Source: the human T2T-CHM13v2.0 reference genome, Homo sapiens | NCBI GenBank assembly: GCA_009914755.4 | Contig: CP068257.2 | Location: 27,872,001-27,936,000, forward strand | Length of the DNA stretch: 64,000 nucleotides | Reading direction: 5' to 3' | Shown: positions 25,201 through 39,592 of the stretch, in pieces | How positions within the stretch are numbered: the stretch's first letter is position 1 | Layout: every line of letters begins with the position of its first letter | The notes under the pieces: model-generated | Databases searched by the model: none | Seen by the model: only the letters and a program-made list of their open reading frames with translations | What the model was told of the DNA's origin: nothing | Position numbers and translations under genes: made by a program

Positions 25201-28200
25201 ATGCCACCAAATTACTTTTAAATCTTGGCATGGCTTTATTAAAAATGATCTCATTTTAATTTGCTGCTCTAGATACAGAATTCATCATGAAGACAACACA
25301 AACAGCTGCCTCTTCAGAGATGTTCTGAAAGTAGCTTAATGAGAAATCCACAAGTACTGAAGACATTATGAATGCATTCCAAATTCTCTCTAATGTTGGT
25401 TACCTGAAAATCTTTATGTTTTGTGTGTGTGTGCTTTCTTTTCCAGAAATTGCTAGACTTTCCTGGTCTCTGACTGGAGAATTTACCAGTATGTATTTCC
25501 TGTGGGCAGATGGAGATGCAAATCTGAGGAAAACTCAATGACATCCACAATCATGGTCTATAAAAATCAAGTGTCTCAACAAAGCATCAGATTTGAAACG
25601 TTACCTATTTAATTCTAATATTATCAAAGGCAGGGACTATATTTTGTTCAAAATCTGTGGCAGGTGTCTGTGTGGCACTTGCTTAAGGGGTTGTCCATTC
25701 TTTATTCAGTAAGTCTGCATTTATTGTGTACTGTATGCAAGAGGATGAACAATTTATATAGAGTGATTGGAATTTAAAAGGAATATTTGGATTAACCCTT
25801 CTAGAAGTTTATAATCAGCTGGAAGTTTACAATATAATAGTCTCCTATGAGACCGTTGGAAACAGTAAAGTTTGAGACACTCACTGGAATTATCACATCA
25901 TGACATCCATATGACTTGAATGGCTCACTTTAGGAATGAGAAGTAATAAATCAATAGCACAACTATTCCGAAGACTAAGTGGTGGGCACTTTATTTTATT
26001 AAATATTAAGGTTAGAAATGACATTTTCCTACTTAAGCACCTTGGCAATGCACTGGTATGCTTAAATATTGTATCGAGGAAACACTGATGGCTATCTCTC
26101 CATCTATTTTACTAAGTGATGGTGGTAGGCAACTAATTACCCTATGGATAGTTCTTTTAAAATTGAGTCAAAATTTGCATTAAAACAAAAAAAATATTGT
26201 AACATGCCTTAGTTAAGAACCCGTGCTCTGGACTCTGACAGATTGAAGTCAGAATCTTGTTCTTTAACCAACAGGCAGTCTGTCCTTGGGTTAGCTACTA
26301 ATGTCTTCTCTTGCAGTTTCTTTTTGTGTAATGCAGATGATAATGCAGAGTGCCAGCCTCATACACTGAGGCTGAGAGGACACTCGAGATCATGTATGCC
26401 CAGGGTCTCCATAGGTTTGGTCAATGCTACTTGGTCTCTAAGGGTTAGTAGGGAGTGGGGTCTGGTTTTGATGCTGTGGCGGGGCAGGGGGTAGTGTTGT
26501 ACCATTCGCCACTTTATAGTTAAGTGATCTTGGACAAGCTATCTAACCTCTCGGAACCTCAGTTTTTAAAAATATAATATTTACCTTAGGGTTTCTATGA
26601 GCATTACATGAGCAAATGTGAAGGACACGCAAAGCACTTGGATTTAGTACATCCTTGTTAAATGATAGCTGAAATTACAGTTGTTAATGTTACCTGATGA
26701 TGTGAGCTTGATAATTTACTGAGAGTGTATCCCAAATGAGACTAAGGCAATGTATTTTCTCTTTTTGTATATAGAAGATACATATACATTTTTATATATG
26801 TATATATTTCTCATAAAGTCCAGATGAAATGTCAAGGTTGGTCTGACTCCTCGGGGTCATCCTGATTACTGTGATGCAGGGTGGAGGTCCCTTGCCTTCT
26901 GTTGGCTCCTTTGGATTGGACCCCTATTTTTTCATCAGTGAAGGTTTCAACTTTATTAGTAGAACTCTGTGGCTGCCAAGAAGAGAAAGCTAGGGACTAA
27001 TGAGTAAAATGTCTTATGATTTATTGTCCAAATCAGGACACTTTTGTGAGAGAAAATAGTGTTTAACCTATAGACCTTGATTTCAGGCTTAATGCCTAAT
27101 GTTCTGGGCAAACTAGAATGTCTGGTTACTCTCCCAAAAAAGAAAAATGGATGGGAAATGGGGAGGGAAAAGAAGGAAGAAGGATACAACTGTAAACAAA
27201 CAAACAAACACATCAGACAATACCTGCACACAAATCCATTTTGAAGTCTCCATTTACCAAGCAGTCTCTCTAAAATGGAAGAAGCTTCTCTAATTGGATA
27301 TTTTGTGGGTAAATCTTAAACACAAGTCTCTCCAGTGCACCTGTGACATGACTAAGAGTGCACTCACCTACAAAGCCAGCCTGCTTGTTTCTGGATTTCT
27401 AGATGTTCACATGTCAGGATGGTTTAATGCTGGTCATTTCACTCCCAAGGCTTATGGGACTTTGAGTTATTACTTGTAAACACAGGAGGTCTGTCTCCAC
27501 TCTGGTGGATTTACTGTTCCTATTTCCCTCTGTTTCTTTCTTCCACACTGTCATTATTTTAAAAATACAGTCTAACCAGAAAAAGTTCCCCTTCCTATAC
27601 AGAACTAGACCTGAACAAAACTGAGAACTTAGTGTACCTTTGAGGTCCCAGCCTCTCCCTTCATTACTTCTTCCACACATCCATAGGAGCTTTCTCCGGA
27701 CATTCCATTACCTTGCTTGCTCTAGCCCTGCATACATTTGTCACTTTTTCCTTTGGACATCCTTGACCAGTTAATGCTTGTTCTCTTCTCATTCTTCTAG
27801 GCTGGAGGCATCAACTAAGCAGATTGTCACTTGGGCTTCCTTCAGTCAATGCTCCAATTTTTACTCAACCATGGCCTCTCTGATGTTGGGGAACATCTGG
27901 TGGGCCATACATTTTAGAAAAGGTAGATTTTATGTTTCTTTAAAAATCCCACTACAAGGATAGCTCCCAGAGCTACCTTTCCCTGAGCTGATGCTGTTAC
28001 CCTTTACATTATTCCTTCTTTGAAACAACAATTTCAGCAGATTCTTGACTAAGAACCCATGTAGTCCTTTTGTTGAAGGCAAAGGGTTAAATTAAAGCCA
28101 TAGCTGCTGAGATAGAGGGGGAAAAAGCTAGTTAGTTCTATTTTATCTTCATCTAGTTTTCTTTAAGCTACTTTCTCCTTATTTCTGTCTTCCTGCAGCT

Positions 28201-30038
28201 TCTTTTAGGCTAAGAATAAAAAACTTTGAGCCCTGCACTATATCTCCAACTCTGTGGGGTCTTGCCTTTTCTCCTACAATAAAGATGAAGCCCAGATTCG
28301 AAATCTGAAAGGAGAATAAATCTTAACTGTGAACATCATCTTTCAAAACAGCTGACCTCCATTTGTTTCCCTGAATATCTCACCTGGGCAATCTTTTTCT
28401 TTTAGCACTAAGAAATTGCTGAAGGAAGAAATGTTAAATCTAGTTTTTAATTAACTTCGCCATTGATTTCTACATAACTCTGTATGAGTCACTGTTCTTT
28501 AGTGAAAGGGATGAAAATCTCCAAGGTTAATGGTTGTTACCAGGAATTTTTCTGGACTGGGTTCCAGATACTCTACACTTTCTTCTCTCCTCTGAACTCA
28601 TTAGCTTACTCTCTTCTTCACCCTAAAACACAAAGATGCACACAGAAACGTAGGTACATTTGTATGTGTCAAATGTACTTTCAGAATGAAAATATCAGGG
28701 AGAAAGGAAGGTGATTATGCATTACATTTAATAGTTGACATTAAAAAAGTCCTGTTCTACAGTTTTTCAATATATTTTTAATGAAGTTATTTATAGCAAG
28801 TGTTATATGTATTGAATGAAAATTTAGTTATGTATAAGTGAAGACGAAAGAGGCTGGTGGATCTTAAAATATCCATAAACCAGATTGATATACTATATAT
28901 TTTAGATATTAGAGGTTGATGTACTTCTTTTCTCACAAATTTCTGTAATAGTATGTGAAAAGATAGAGTAATATTTTCTAAAATAAGAGAAAAATTTAAA
29001 AATGGGAGAAAAATATTAGAAAATGTAAAATAGAATGCCTTGGATATAATTTTTAGTGAAGTGAATAAACTTTGTATTTCCTCCTTCTGATATGTTATCA
29101 TTCTAGACCATCTTTAGCTGGTCAGATTCATCATACTCCAATTTATAAATGTTTAATTTAAGTCTTCTAATGCATTTTAATGAACGATTTTCTTCTATTT
29201 GTTGTCAATAAAAATTCTGATTGATATGAAATCTGAATATTGATTACAATCAAGCAAAACCTTTGTCCAATATCTGTTATTGTTATTGCCATTTTTAAGA
29301 TCATTATTTTTCCCTTTCATGTCTGAAAATATTTTTGTACTTTGAAGGACTAGATTAAGTTTCCTAGAGATGTAGAATAATCCTGAAGAAACCAACCAGT
29401 TGTATGAAATACTGACTAATACCTATTTCTTTCCATTATTTCCCAACACAATGAATGCCACCTCAATTTTCCAGTTAAGCTCTCCTCCCACCTCCCTGAA
29501 TCCTGGAATTTTCCTTTGAGACCACTTTCTGAATCCATGGCTGTTCGGATTGTGCTTCAAAATTACCTCCTTCATCTGGTGGTCTCTCTGCTTTTGGTCT
29601 GGTGCAGTTACTGAAAGAATATTTTGGGTGACCTCCCTCTAGTCTCCCTTCTGGTCTTCTTTCCTTCAATTCTTCCTCTACCCTCAGCCAGAGTGACTGC
29701 TACCTATCAGGCCTATTGGACTTACTTGCATTTTATATTTTAGCTACACCAAACTCATTTTTCCTCTAACATAATAGCCCTATTCTCTCTTATTTCCATG
29801 CCTTCTAATATGCCGCGTCCTCAGCCTGGCTCCTTTCACCTGATAATATCTGAGTGAACCTGCAAATCTTCAGTTAGCTATTCCCTTCTCCAGGAAGCCC
29901 TTCTTGACCCAGCCCCAGGTTAAATACTTCTGAGGGCTCCTTCAGTTTTGGACTTCCTCTGAGGAAGTTCTAATCCTGCTTTGAGTAATATACTGTTTTT
30001 CATCTTTGTTTTATAATTAATTATGTGAGAACAGGGAC

Positions 30039-30398
30039 TGATATGGTTTGGCTGTGTCCCCACCTAAATCTCATCTTGAATTTTAGCTCCCATAATTCCC
30101 ACGTGTTGTAGGAGGAATTTGGCGGGAGATAATTGAATCATGGCGGCGGTTTCCTCCATACTATTCTTGTGGTAGTGAATAATTCTCATGAGATCTGATG
30201 GTTTTATAAGGGGTTTCCTGTTTTGCTTGGCTCTCATTCTCTCTTGCCTGCCACCATGTAAGATGTGCCTTTCACCTTCTGCCATGATTGTGAAGCCTCC
30301 CCAGCCATATGGAACAGTGAGTCCATTAAACCTCTTTTTCTTTATAAATTACCCAGTCTTGGGTATGTCTGTCAGCAGCATGAAAATGAACTAATACA
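30039..30398 (+). mobile_element. THE1-type ERVL-MaLR solo LTR of about 360 bp with a 5-bp TSD of GGGAC
   Basis: tgatatggtttggctgtgtccccacctaaatctcatcttgaattttagctcccataattcccacgtgttgtaggagg...ccagccatatggaacagtgagtccattaaacctctttttctttataaattacccagtcttgggtatgtctgtcagcagcatgaaaatgaactaataca. The flanking sequences are acagGGGAC| and |GGGACcatat. Confidence 0.85.
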
Positions 30399-33300
30399 GG
30401 GACCATATCTGTTTTCTTCAGTATGGGACCCCCAGAACCTAGAATGGTGCCTAGAATGTGGCGAACACCTTTACTTTTTGAATGTATTTTTGCTTTCTGG
30501 TATCCTTTTCCAGCGCACTTCACTAATGTTCTGAGTATCATTTAAACTATTTATAAAATTAGACTTTAGAACACAAAGATAAATTGGTTCACATAGTAAC
30601 TAGGTAACTTGGTATAAACTAAAAGTAATTTTTAAAACTCAGCCCAAAATGACTATGTTTGTCTAAACCAATAAGAAGAATTTTCAAAATAGCAAACTGC
30701 ACAACTGACGACATACAGCAAACACACCTTTGCCAATGGGAGCAAGTAATGGGGAACAAACCAAGCTCAACTTGTTCTGGAAAAAAACCCTGTTGTTTTA
30801 TTATTATTTAGAAAGCACACACAACAATTTATTGGGGAAAAAGAAAAAATGCAAAATAATTGAGCATACAAATTTATTTTAAAAGAACTGGTGTCACTTC
30901 CCAAGTCATATCTATGTGAGCTTTTTAAACTTTTGTATTTCTTATATCTGTATTCATAATCAGAGTTATGGATATAGATATATGGAAACACATCACACAC
31001 TCCTCAGAAATCCTTTCTCCAAAAATCTGTAGGGAATGCATCCTTTTTCTTCCTACAGGCGTTTCCTTGGATCACGCCACAGTCTCTTTTCTCTGAGTTC
31101 GTCTCTGATGACAAGTAAGGATACTTGTGAAGGAAGATTTCCCCTTAGTTCTTGACTTTTTCTTTATTTTTTTCTGATTCTTCAGTGAGATTCCCAGTTC
31201 TTCCATGATAGCGTTGAAAGAGAGACACTAGGGAACATGAGATACAGACCATCAGCTTAATTAAGCCTATCGCATGTGCCGTTGACCTGCCTCTTGCCTA
31301 GGTATTTATGAACACAAGATATTGGCTTGAAGGCAGCTCTGTCACAATTGGCCAGTTCCCATCACCTCCTCCTCCACCCACTGGCCACCCACCTTTTCTA
31401 ATCGGGGAAACTGAGATGGCAAGTTAGCTGGGCAAACTTTGGGATTTCATTCACAAATGCAGTAGTATAAAACTACCCAGTTAAAGCAAACTCAGGGCTC
31501 TCAAAATAGATAACTTACCTTTGCTGAGACACCAAAATAGAGTTAAATTAAGTCATTTCCCCCACTGAGATGATCCAAACATTGATAGGATTATCAAGGC
31601 ATACGGACACTTCAGTAATGCTATAGAAAATGAACAAACCTTCTCTACACCAAGGCTTTGTTTTTTTCTCCCATGAAACCTTACTTTGTTCCTAAAATAA
31701 AATCTAATTCTTGATGACTTTCCTTTCTGATAAAAAAAAAAGAAAAAAAAACAATTTTAAATTGTACATTTTCTCCAAAAAACAGAGATTCTGGCAGCAG
31801 CAATGATGCAGCTGTGGTCGAAATGAAAAATAATGTGGTACTGAACTTCACAGCAAAAACGATGGCATAATACAAAAGAAAATGGAAAACGGAATTATGA
31901 TTAAAAAATGTTCTACATATACAGACAATATATATAATCTGCATTGCAATTATGCTCTATCTGTTCACATGCATAGTACATAAATGGACCAATAAAACAT
32001 AATTTGCTGTCATTTTTCTAGCCAAGATAAGACCTTTGAGTGAAAAATTCCTGCTCAGAGAAATTTCTATAATGTCCTGGTTAGAGAAATTTCTAAAAAG
32101 TAGTTTTCTTTTTGATGAGGTCACTCTTAAAACATCCTCTAGTGATATGAGCCAGCACAGGAGGACAAAGGCAGCATGATTCCACTTATATGAAACATCT
32201 AAAATAGTCAAAGTCATGAAAACAGAGAGGAGAATGGTAGTTGCCAAAGGCTGGGAGGAAGGGAAATGGGGGCAGTTGCTGCTCAAGGGGATATAAGGTT
32301 TCAATTATGCAAGATAAATAAGTTCTGGAGATCTTCTGTACAACATTGTGCCTATAGTTAATATCGTCTTGAACACTTAGACATTTTTAAGCGGTTAGAT
32401 CTCAAGTGTTTTTATCACAATAAAAAAAAAATCCTCTAAAAACCATAGCCTTTGGTAAAGGTTATAGAAGTGCAAGCATACTTTTTTAACCTTAGCACAC
32501 AAAATGGATATGGTTGAAAGTCAAATGACAGTGTGCCACCAGGTAATGTGTCTAAGTTGTAACTGCCTTACGGGAAGAAATTTGTGTTCTATGTTTGCAA
32601 AGTACTAAACATCTAGTGTGTTTCTTGTGTATCAGCATGCAACATGTGTATTTGAAAATGTTCGTTTTGTTCCAAAAATAACTTGATGTAGTTTAGAGAA
32701 GTAGTAGTTTTAATTTTTCTATTTTTAAATTTTTTCTACTTGATTTCAAAACCAGGCCTAGAATTTAGGTTCTAGGTGTAAACTATTGGCCTATCAGATG
32801 TATGTCTCTTAAAAAACTGGTTCTTTGAATAAAACTTTTTATCTCTTTTAAGCATAAGTGTTTATAGGATTTGAATTTCACTTCCATTTTCCTGTAATAC
32901 AGAAACATAAAAACTCATGTCATGTGTGCTAATTTTCTTTCAAACAGTAAGTTGTGGCTTCAGTGAATTGGGAGGGGTGTCATGCCACACAAAGAAAAAC
33001 GTCAGAAAGTTTTTTATGAACTATACTTAAAAAATGTTATAGCAAGTACAGATGCTTCTCACTTACTATGGGGTTGTGTCTCAATACACACAATGTATGC
33101 TGAAGATATTAAGGAGAAATTGCATTTAATACACCTAACTTACAGTTTAGCCTAGCTTACCTTATACACACATGGAACACTTACACTAGCCTACAGTTGG
33201 GCAAAATTATCTATCCAGCCCATTTTATAATACAGTGTTGACTCTGTCATATAATTTGTTTATTGAATACCGTGCTGAAAGTAAAACACAGAATGGTTGT

Positions 33301-34765
33301 ATGGGCACTTAAAGTATGGTTTGTCTAGTCTGTGTATCACTTCCGTTCCACTGCAAAGTCAAAAAATTGTAAGTCAAAACATCATGTCTGTATATCATGA
33401 ATGAAATATAATAATTTGTTAACATTACACCATATAAAGCTTGTGTGTTGCTACTAAGAGCAAATTAATATTTTATAGTGTAATTGTGATATATAGTATT
33501 GTATCAGAGTTTTGCAAACTTTGCTCAGAAATTTATTTCAATGGAAGAAATATTTTTGGCATTAAAATGGAAGGAACGAAAGGAGGAAAGAAAAGAGTGT
33601 CAAGAAGTTTGCAAACTTTATTACATATTATACCCTTTATATAGATGGGGAAATTTACTATTGGAGACATTAAGTAACTTACCCAAGAAAAAGAGCTTGC
33701 ATTTGAACTCAGTATATCTGGACTGCCCAAACCAAGAGCTTTCATGAGAAATCATCTACACATTACCTTTTAAAAATATTTTTTATCACTATAGATAGCT
33801 TTTTGTGAATTTTCCCAAAAACCATTATGTTAAGAAATTCCAATCTTTCTGCTTTACTTGAACTCTCAAGCATTTGATTTTAGGCATGTCACTTCATTTT
33901 ACATTGAAATCGCCCAAATGAATCTCTGACTGTGACTTGACACACACAGAGGAAGGTCTCATTGAAACCTCTTTTCCCTATTTTGGGTAGAAGAGTGGTC
34001 ATAGATATTACCTGACAATCTGTTTCAACTAAGTTTATTTTTTCAAAAAAGGAACTCCTCCCCCAGATTTTAGACTGCCTTAAAGTACAACAAACATCTT
34101 TACTCTTGACTAACTCCAAGTATTTATTTCTTGCTGCTTGTGTGAGAGCAAATATAAACATAGTTTTATCAGTGGGCGGCTTTCTTGGTCTTTGGTTGCA
34201 AACAATGATTTCTTTTTGATTCTCACTTTGTCTCTGACTGTTGAAAAGAAAATGGCAAGATATTGGGGCTGACCTTTCTGCCTCCAAGTTTTTGCTGTAG
34301 TCACAAGGAAAGGTGACCTTTAAGGCCTCTCCCAGCCATGAGCTTGAGTAAACCACACATTCTTGGATCCACAGGAAATGAAATTGTGAAGGTCATCTTT
34401 CAGCCCAGAGTGGCTTGGGAGGGGCTCATATTCATTAATTAATTTGCCTTTTATGATCTCAGAATTAAGGATACATATAAAGATTGAGCTTCTGAACTGG
34501 GACCAAAATGACTGTAGCTTTCTAAAACTTCTGTTTGTAGGCTTGGGTTTTTCATATTCACAGAGCCATAGAAACATTATTTTAAAGTATGTTGGTTTAA
34601 ATTCCTAAATCCTACTTTCATGAGAAAGTATCAAACATAATGGCATTCAGCTAGCTGCCTTACTCAAGACGTACTGCAAAAGGAGGCGGGATACTCAGGT
34701 AGTATTTTCTGGTACTTTGCATACTGGAAAGTCCTCCAGTAGCCTGGATCTGGGGCCTGGATTAA

Positions 34766-35106
<341 letters not shown>

Positions 35107-35415
35107 CTACAAGTGACTTTTAATTACAGTTTAGAATTGGTGCCTGGTATCAGAATGAGTTTTAATTTCAGCTATACTTCCTAGTAGCCAGGTTACACCG
35201 GGCAAGGTATTTATTTTCTCTTGGACTCAGTTTCCTTATGTATAAAGTGAGACAATAGTAGAATCATTTTCATAGAACTATTATGATAATTCAATGTACT
35301 GTTATATGCAAAACAGTCCAATGGGTGGCATATTTTAAGTATGCTCTTTCTTTAAAATAAAGTTTTATATACCATAGTATATATTTTAACTCTATGCCAT
35401 TCATTGCACTCACGG

Positions 35416-35438
35416 TCTTTTTTTTTTTTTTTTTTTTT
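35416..35438. repeat. poly(T) tract of about 23 nt
   Basis: Seen directly. Confidence 0.9.
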
Positions 35439-35874
35439 GTGGGAGAGATACAATGAAAAGGTTGATGGTTCTTTAATTTGAGCCATCTGATGCACATCTG
35501 TGCAGCAATTCCTTTGAGTTGCTTATACTAGTGTTTTAGTTAAAATAGTTCCCATAGGTGTTAAAACATAAATTTTCAATGCCTATTACCACTTCTTTTG
35601 CCCAGTCCATGTTTCTGTGTCTATGTAGTTGTAGGCATTATGACAACTTGTATTGTGCTTTATACATAGGCACTCCAACATCAGAAGGAAATAAAAGCTC
35701 ACCACAGTCCCCGGCAATTTAAAAATTCCATCTCTGTGCTTATGAACCATCTATTAATAAATGAACCTTTATAATAATGTCTGATAGAAAAATTCATTTA
35801 CAAATGAATTTATAGTAATAAAGTATGTTCTTGCCATTTATGCTGTTTCTGACATTATCCAAAAATAATGTAGA

Positions 35875-35897
35875 GTGTGTGTGTGTGTGTGTGTGTG
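35875..35897. repeat. (GT)n microsatellite
   Basis: gtgtgtgtgtgtgtgtgtgtgtg. Confidence 0.9.
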
Positions 35898-38800
35898 ACC
35901 TTTCCTTTAGAGGAAAGGAAATGGAGAAACACAAGTTAGTCTAGTAGAGATTGAAATAGAAACTTCAACTAAAACTCTTGGCTTTAGAAGGAGAGAGATT
36001 TGCTTGTTTATTTCAGTTTTGCAGAAAGTTATTTCTCTACTCTGATCCCTCCATGCTTGTGGTGTGTCCCTAAGGACCCCCTTTTCTTTCATATTCTGTC
36101 TTCTTTGCTTTCTTTTACCTTCCCTTTTGGTTTGTTTCTTTTTTAATTGCTGGCTTCATGGCACCTCCTTTGAATTAACCTCAAATGTTTGATTTCTTGA
36201 AGCTTGTGTGAGCCTGAATATAAATTATATCTTCTCTTTACACCTTTATCCTTCCGTTGCAAATGTTGCCCTGGATGGGGTGGGAGGGACTAATAAAGTT
36301 CTATTTGTTTTGTACCTAAAATACTCTGCCTCACGAAGAATGATTCAGGGGAAAATAACAATTTTTTTAAGTTATAGATAAAGCTCTGGGCAAGAATTGG
36401 ATTTGAGTTTGCAGTATTCAAAAAACTAGACTATATGGAATTGACTTTCATACTGGTTGCAAACTTGACATCAGATTGTGAATGTCAGATTGATTTCTCA
36501 TTGTAGATTTAGCATTTATACATTCACATCTTTCATTCATTGGTAGGTATAGGTAAACATTTCAGAGAACTGCTTTGGATGCTTATACCCTTGAGGATTT
36601 TTCTGAGGAATTATTTTTCAGAAGCTCTGGCCTAGCCAATAATACAATACAAATCTTACATTTTGTATAGGTTTCTCCCTTTAATAGGCTCCTTATTCAA
36701 AGGCACTTGAAGTGCTCTGTGACACAGTCTGATAAATTTTCACATTACACATGGAAGAAAAAGGATGTAGGAAAAAGGAAGAAAGAGGATATTATTGTCA
36801 TTGTATAGATGTAAAACCTTGCATTTTATGTATAGACCTACCATAAGTTGAAAGCAAGCTATGATTTGGAGTATTTTTATAAAGACAATTTCAGTAAAAT
36901 GTAGACTATTAAAGAAATAGTTTCCTGAAAAATAATGGGATTATTATTACTATTTTTTTTTGTCTTGGTCAAATTCCTGCTGTAGTTCTGTGGAGCCAGT
37001 GTCTCAATGATTATATTTTTTAAAGAAAGACAAAAACTTCACTTCCTTAACATTTTTTAACTCTAAGCTCTAGTGTAGGAGCAAACCTAGGATGGTTTGA
37101 GGATACAGTCAGGAAAGTTTTTAAGGAATAGGAACAGAAGAATTGTATTTAGGGATTTGCAACATAGAGACTTGTACAGTCTGGTCACCTATCTGTCCAC
37201 AGATTTCACTCCCTTCCAAGAGAATTAATGATCTAAGAGCAGAGGTCAGGCTTTAATCATCTCTCACTAATTATGTGAAGGCAGGTGGAAGGAGATTTTT
37301 GGAGTAGTTTTATGTGTACTACCCTTGTGGGAAGTTTTTGCATTCCAGAACTGAGGATTTGGGCAGCATTTCCTGTGGTTTGATCCATTTTCTGAGCGCA
37401 TTCACAACCCATGGGCCATCTTTTATGCACCCATCCTTGGAATTTAAAAAAAGTGAATCCTAGAGGTTGAGTGTTGATCACCATATTAGCTTTTAGAATA
37501 GTGGTTATGTTGATTTGTGCCTGAGAGCTAATGAGAAAGCTGATTCTCATCTCCTGGGTCCGTGTAAAGAATGTTGGGGTGAAGGAAGTCTAGCCACTGA
37601 AATAAAATGTACAAGTGTGGTCGCCCATACTAATCTCCACCTGTGACCCAGCAGCCACGTCTTGCCTGGCCCGTTTTCTTGCAACTTTAAAGCTTTAAAC
37701 TGGCTCCCCATGGGAAATGACTCTCGAAAGCCCCTGTCTTCCTTTCCTTTGGCTACAGCATGTAGACTTCATGAACTCCTTTTTCCCGTGTTTGCTAATG
37801 TCATGTTTTCATTACCTCCATGTTGTCTCTTCTGCTCTATTTAATTTTTGTTCCCACACCTGGGACCTGATGCCAACATCCTTACCATCTCAGATCCTAG
37901 ATTTAAGTTTCTCTGTTTGCATGAACGCATGCCCTAGAATTCCTTGTTCTCCTAAATGAGCTCTTTAAACCATAAAAATATACCTATGAGGGTCACAGGG
38001 TTACTCCATGACATCAGATACACAAGTGTCTTCCTCCTGTTGTTCATCTTTATTTAAAGATTTCATTTAGAAACCTTATTCTCTCAACAGAAAAATAGTC
38101 TATTTTTAAATGGCATGCACAATCCATAGGGATTCTTAATTTTAAAAAATGATCCTTAAAAAATTTTGCACATGGGGTGGCCACGCAGGGCTACCCAGTG
38201 CACATTCCTGACAAGTAGGGGATGTGTAAGTTCATCCTCCGCTAACGTTAGGGATAATGTCATGGAAAACTTTGAAAAGTGGAGTTAACATTGAGGCCCT
38301 GTAATATTTTGATATTACTCTGTGTGCTTTTTTCCAGTTCTTCTGAATCCCAGTCCTTTTTCTCACTTTTCAAGTTACAGCAAGTGCTTTTATATGCATT
38401 ATCTTCAGGGTAGGGATGATATAGAAAGAAAAAAGACTCAAATTTGGAGCTTTGAGCTTTTTAAATGGACTTTTGTGGATCTGTAGAAGACGCTGCAGTC
38501 TTTGAAGCTATTAATTACAACAGTCAGGTGTTTGAAACAAGGAAAAGGCAGGTACTTTGAATTGTAAAAGTTTGACATTAAATATCAAGCTTAGAGGCTT
38601 CAGGACTCAGCCTATAGGACTGAGGATGGAGTGTAAAGAAAGGGTTGTCTCGTAGCTGCTCTCAAGGAGAAAAGTTCAATCAGGTGATGTGAGAATCTTG
38701 ACCAAAGCCTAGATGCCAAGGGAGATCTGAGGAGGGGCACCTCCTCTGCCTTCTCTGGGGGCAAACTCCCATGCAGCCTGATAGGTGTGGGGACCTGAGA

Positions 38801-39418
38801 ACACAGGGAAACCATAGCCCAGTCTCTGTCTCAGGCATTCAGAAGAGGCAGTTAATGGAGCAGAGAAGTGTCAGTGGGGTATGCCATCAGGCCAGCCTGA
38901 AACTGTCCTCTGAGACTCCCATGGCCTCCCAAGGGTGCTCCAGAGCAGCTAAAACATTTTCCTGCCCTAGAAAGGACACATGAATAGCTGATGGTATAAA
39001 AGGGAGCATGAAACATGGCCCAGTCCAGTGCTATGAGCAGAGAACAGAGAGATATTCCTGCAGTGAGGATAAGCTTCCAGTGGGCCTTGTATACCTGGAA
39101 GTAAGCAGCTCTTCTTGCTTAAAAGTGGCAGAAATGTGGGTTTGTCCTTCAATCCAAACCACACAGTGCCTTTCTCCTCTTCAGAGTCACTGTCAGAGGC
39201 CAGTGTGGCTTTGTGCCTTGGCCCTCTAGCTTCCCTCTGGCTTCCTGCACTGAAGGCCTGAGAGGATTCTGCATGGATTGGCTTTCCCTCACCTCATGGA
39301 AAACGCTTGATTTTTTTGTTTTTTGTTTTTGTTTTATTGCATTTCAGAGGCTGAATTAGGGCCATAAAATAAACTTCCAAGAAATTCTTTGCATGCCCTT
39401 TCTCTACAGGGAATGGCA

Positions 39419-39592
39419 CTACCTTTAAGCTAAACTGATCGTGATGTGTAGGGTGTTAGTTGTCCACAGTGCACGTATGCACTACACGCATAGCTTTCAG
39501 GGCCCTACCTTTAAGCTAAACTGACCGTGATGTGTAGGGTGTTAGTTGTCCACAGTGCACGTATGCACTACATGCATAGTTTTCGGGGTACC
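39419..39592 (+). repeat. Tandem duplication of two copies of an 87-bp unit
   Basis: Copy 1 at 39419-39505 is ctacctttaagctaaactgatcgtgatgtgtagggtgttagttgtccacagtgcacgtatgcactacacgcatagctttcagggcc. Copy 2 at 39506-39592 is the same with about 8 substitutions (..ctgaccgtg.., ..ctacatgcatagttttcggggta). Confidence 0.9.

Noticed and set aside
33889-34356. A 155-aa minus-strand ORF, the longest non-repeat ORF in the window
   Set aside because: It has no recognisable domain or motif. Its composition resembles translated AT-rich intron, with no flanking splice signals. An open frame of about 150 codons is expected by chance once or so in 128 kb of six-frame sequence, and the region also carries a nested 64-aa ORF on another frame. 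I treated it as noise. A TBLASTN or PhyloCSF check would settle it.
39419-39592. Possibility that the 87-bp tandem duplication, the 25-bp repeat at 42164-42232 or the tetranucleotide array represent CRISPR-like or regulatory repeat arrays
   Set aside because: These have only two to three copies with no spacer architecture, or are pure microsatellite. The surrounding sequence is unambiguously primate because of the Alus, so CRISPR is not applicable. The 87-bp duplication is retained as a structural finding only.
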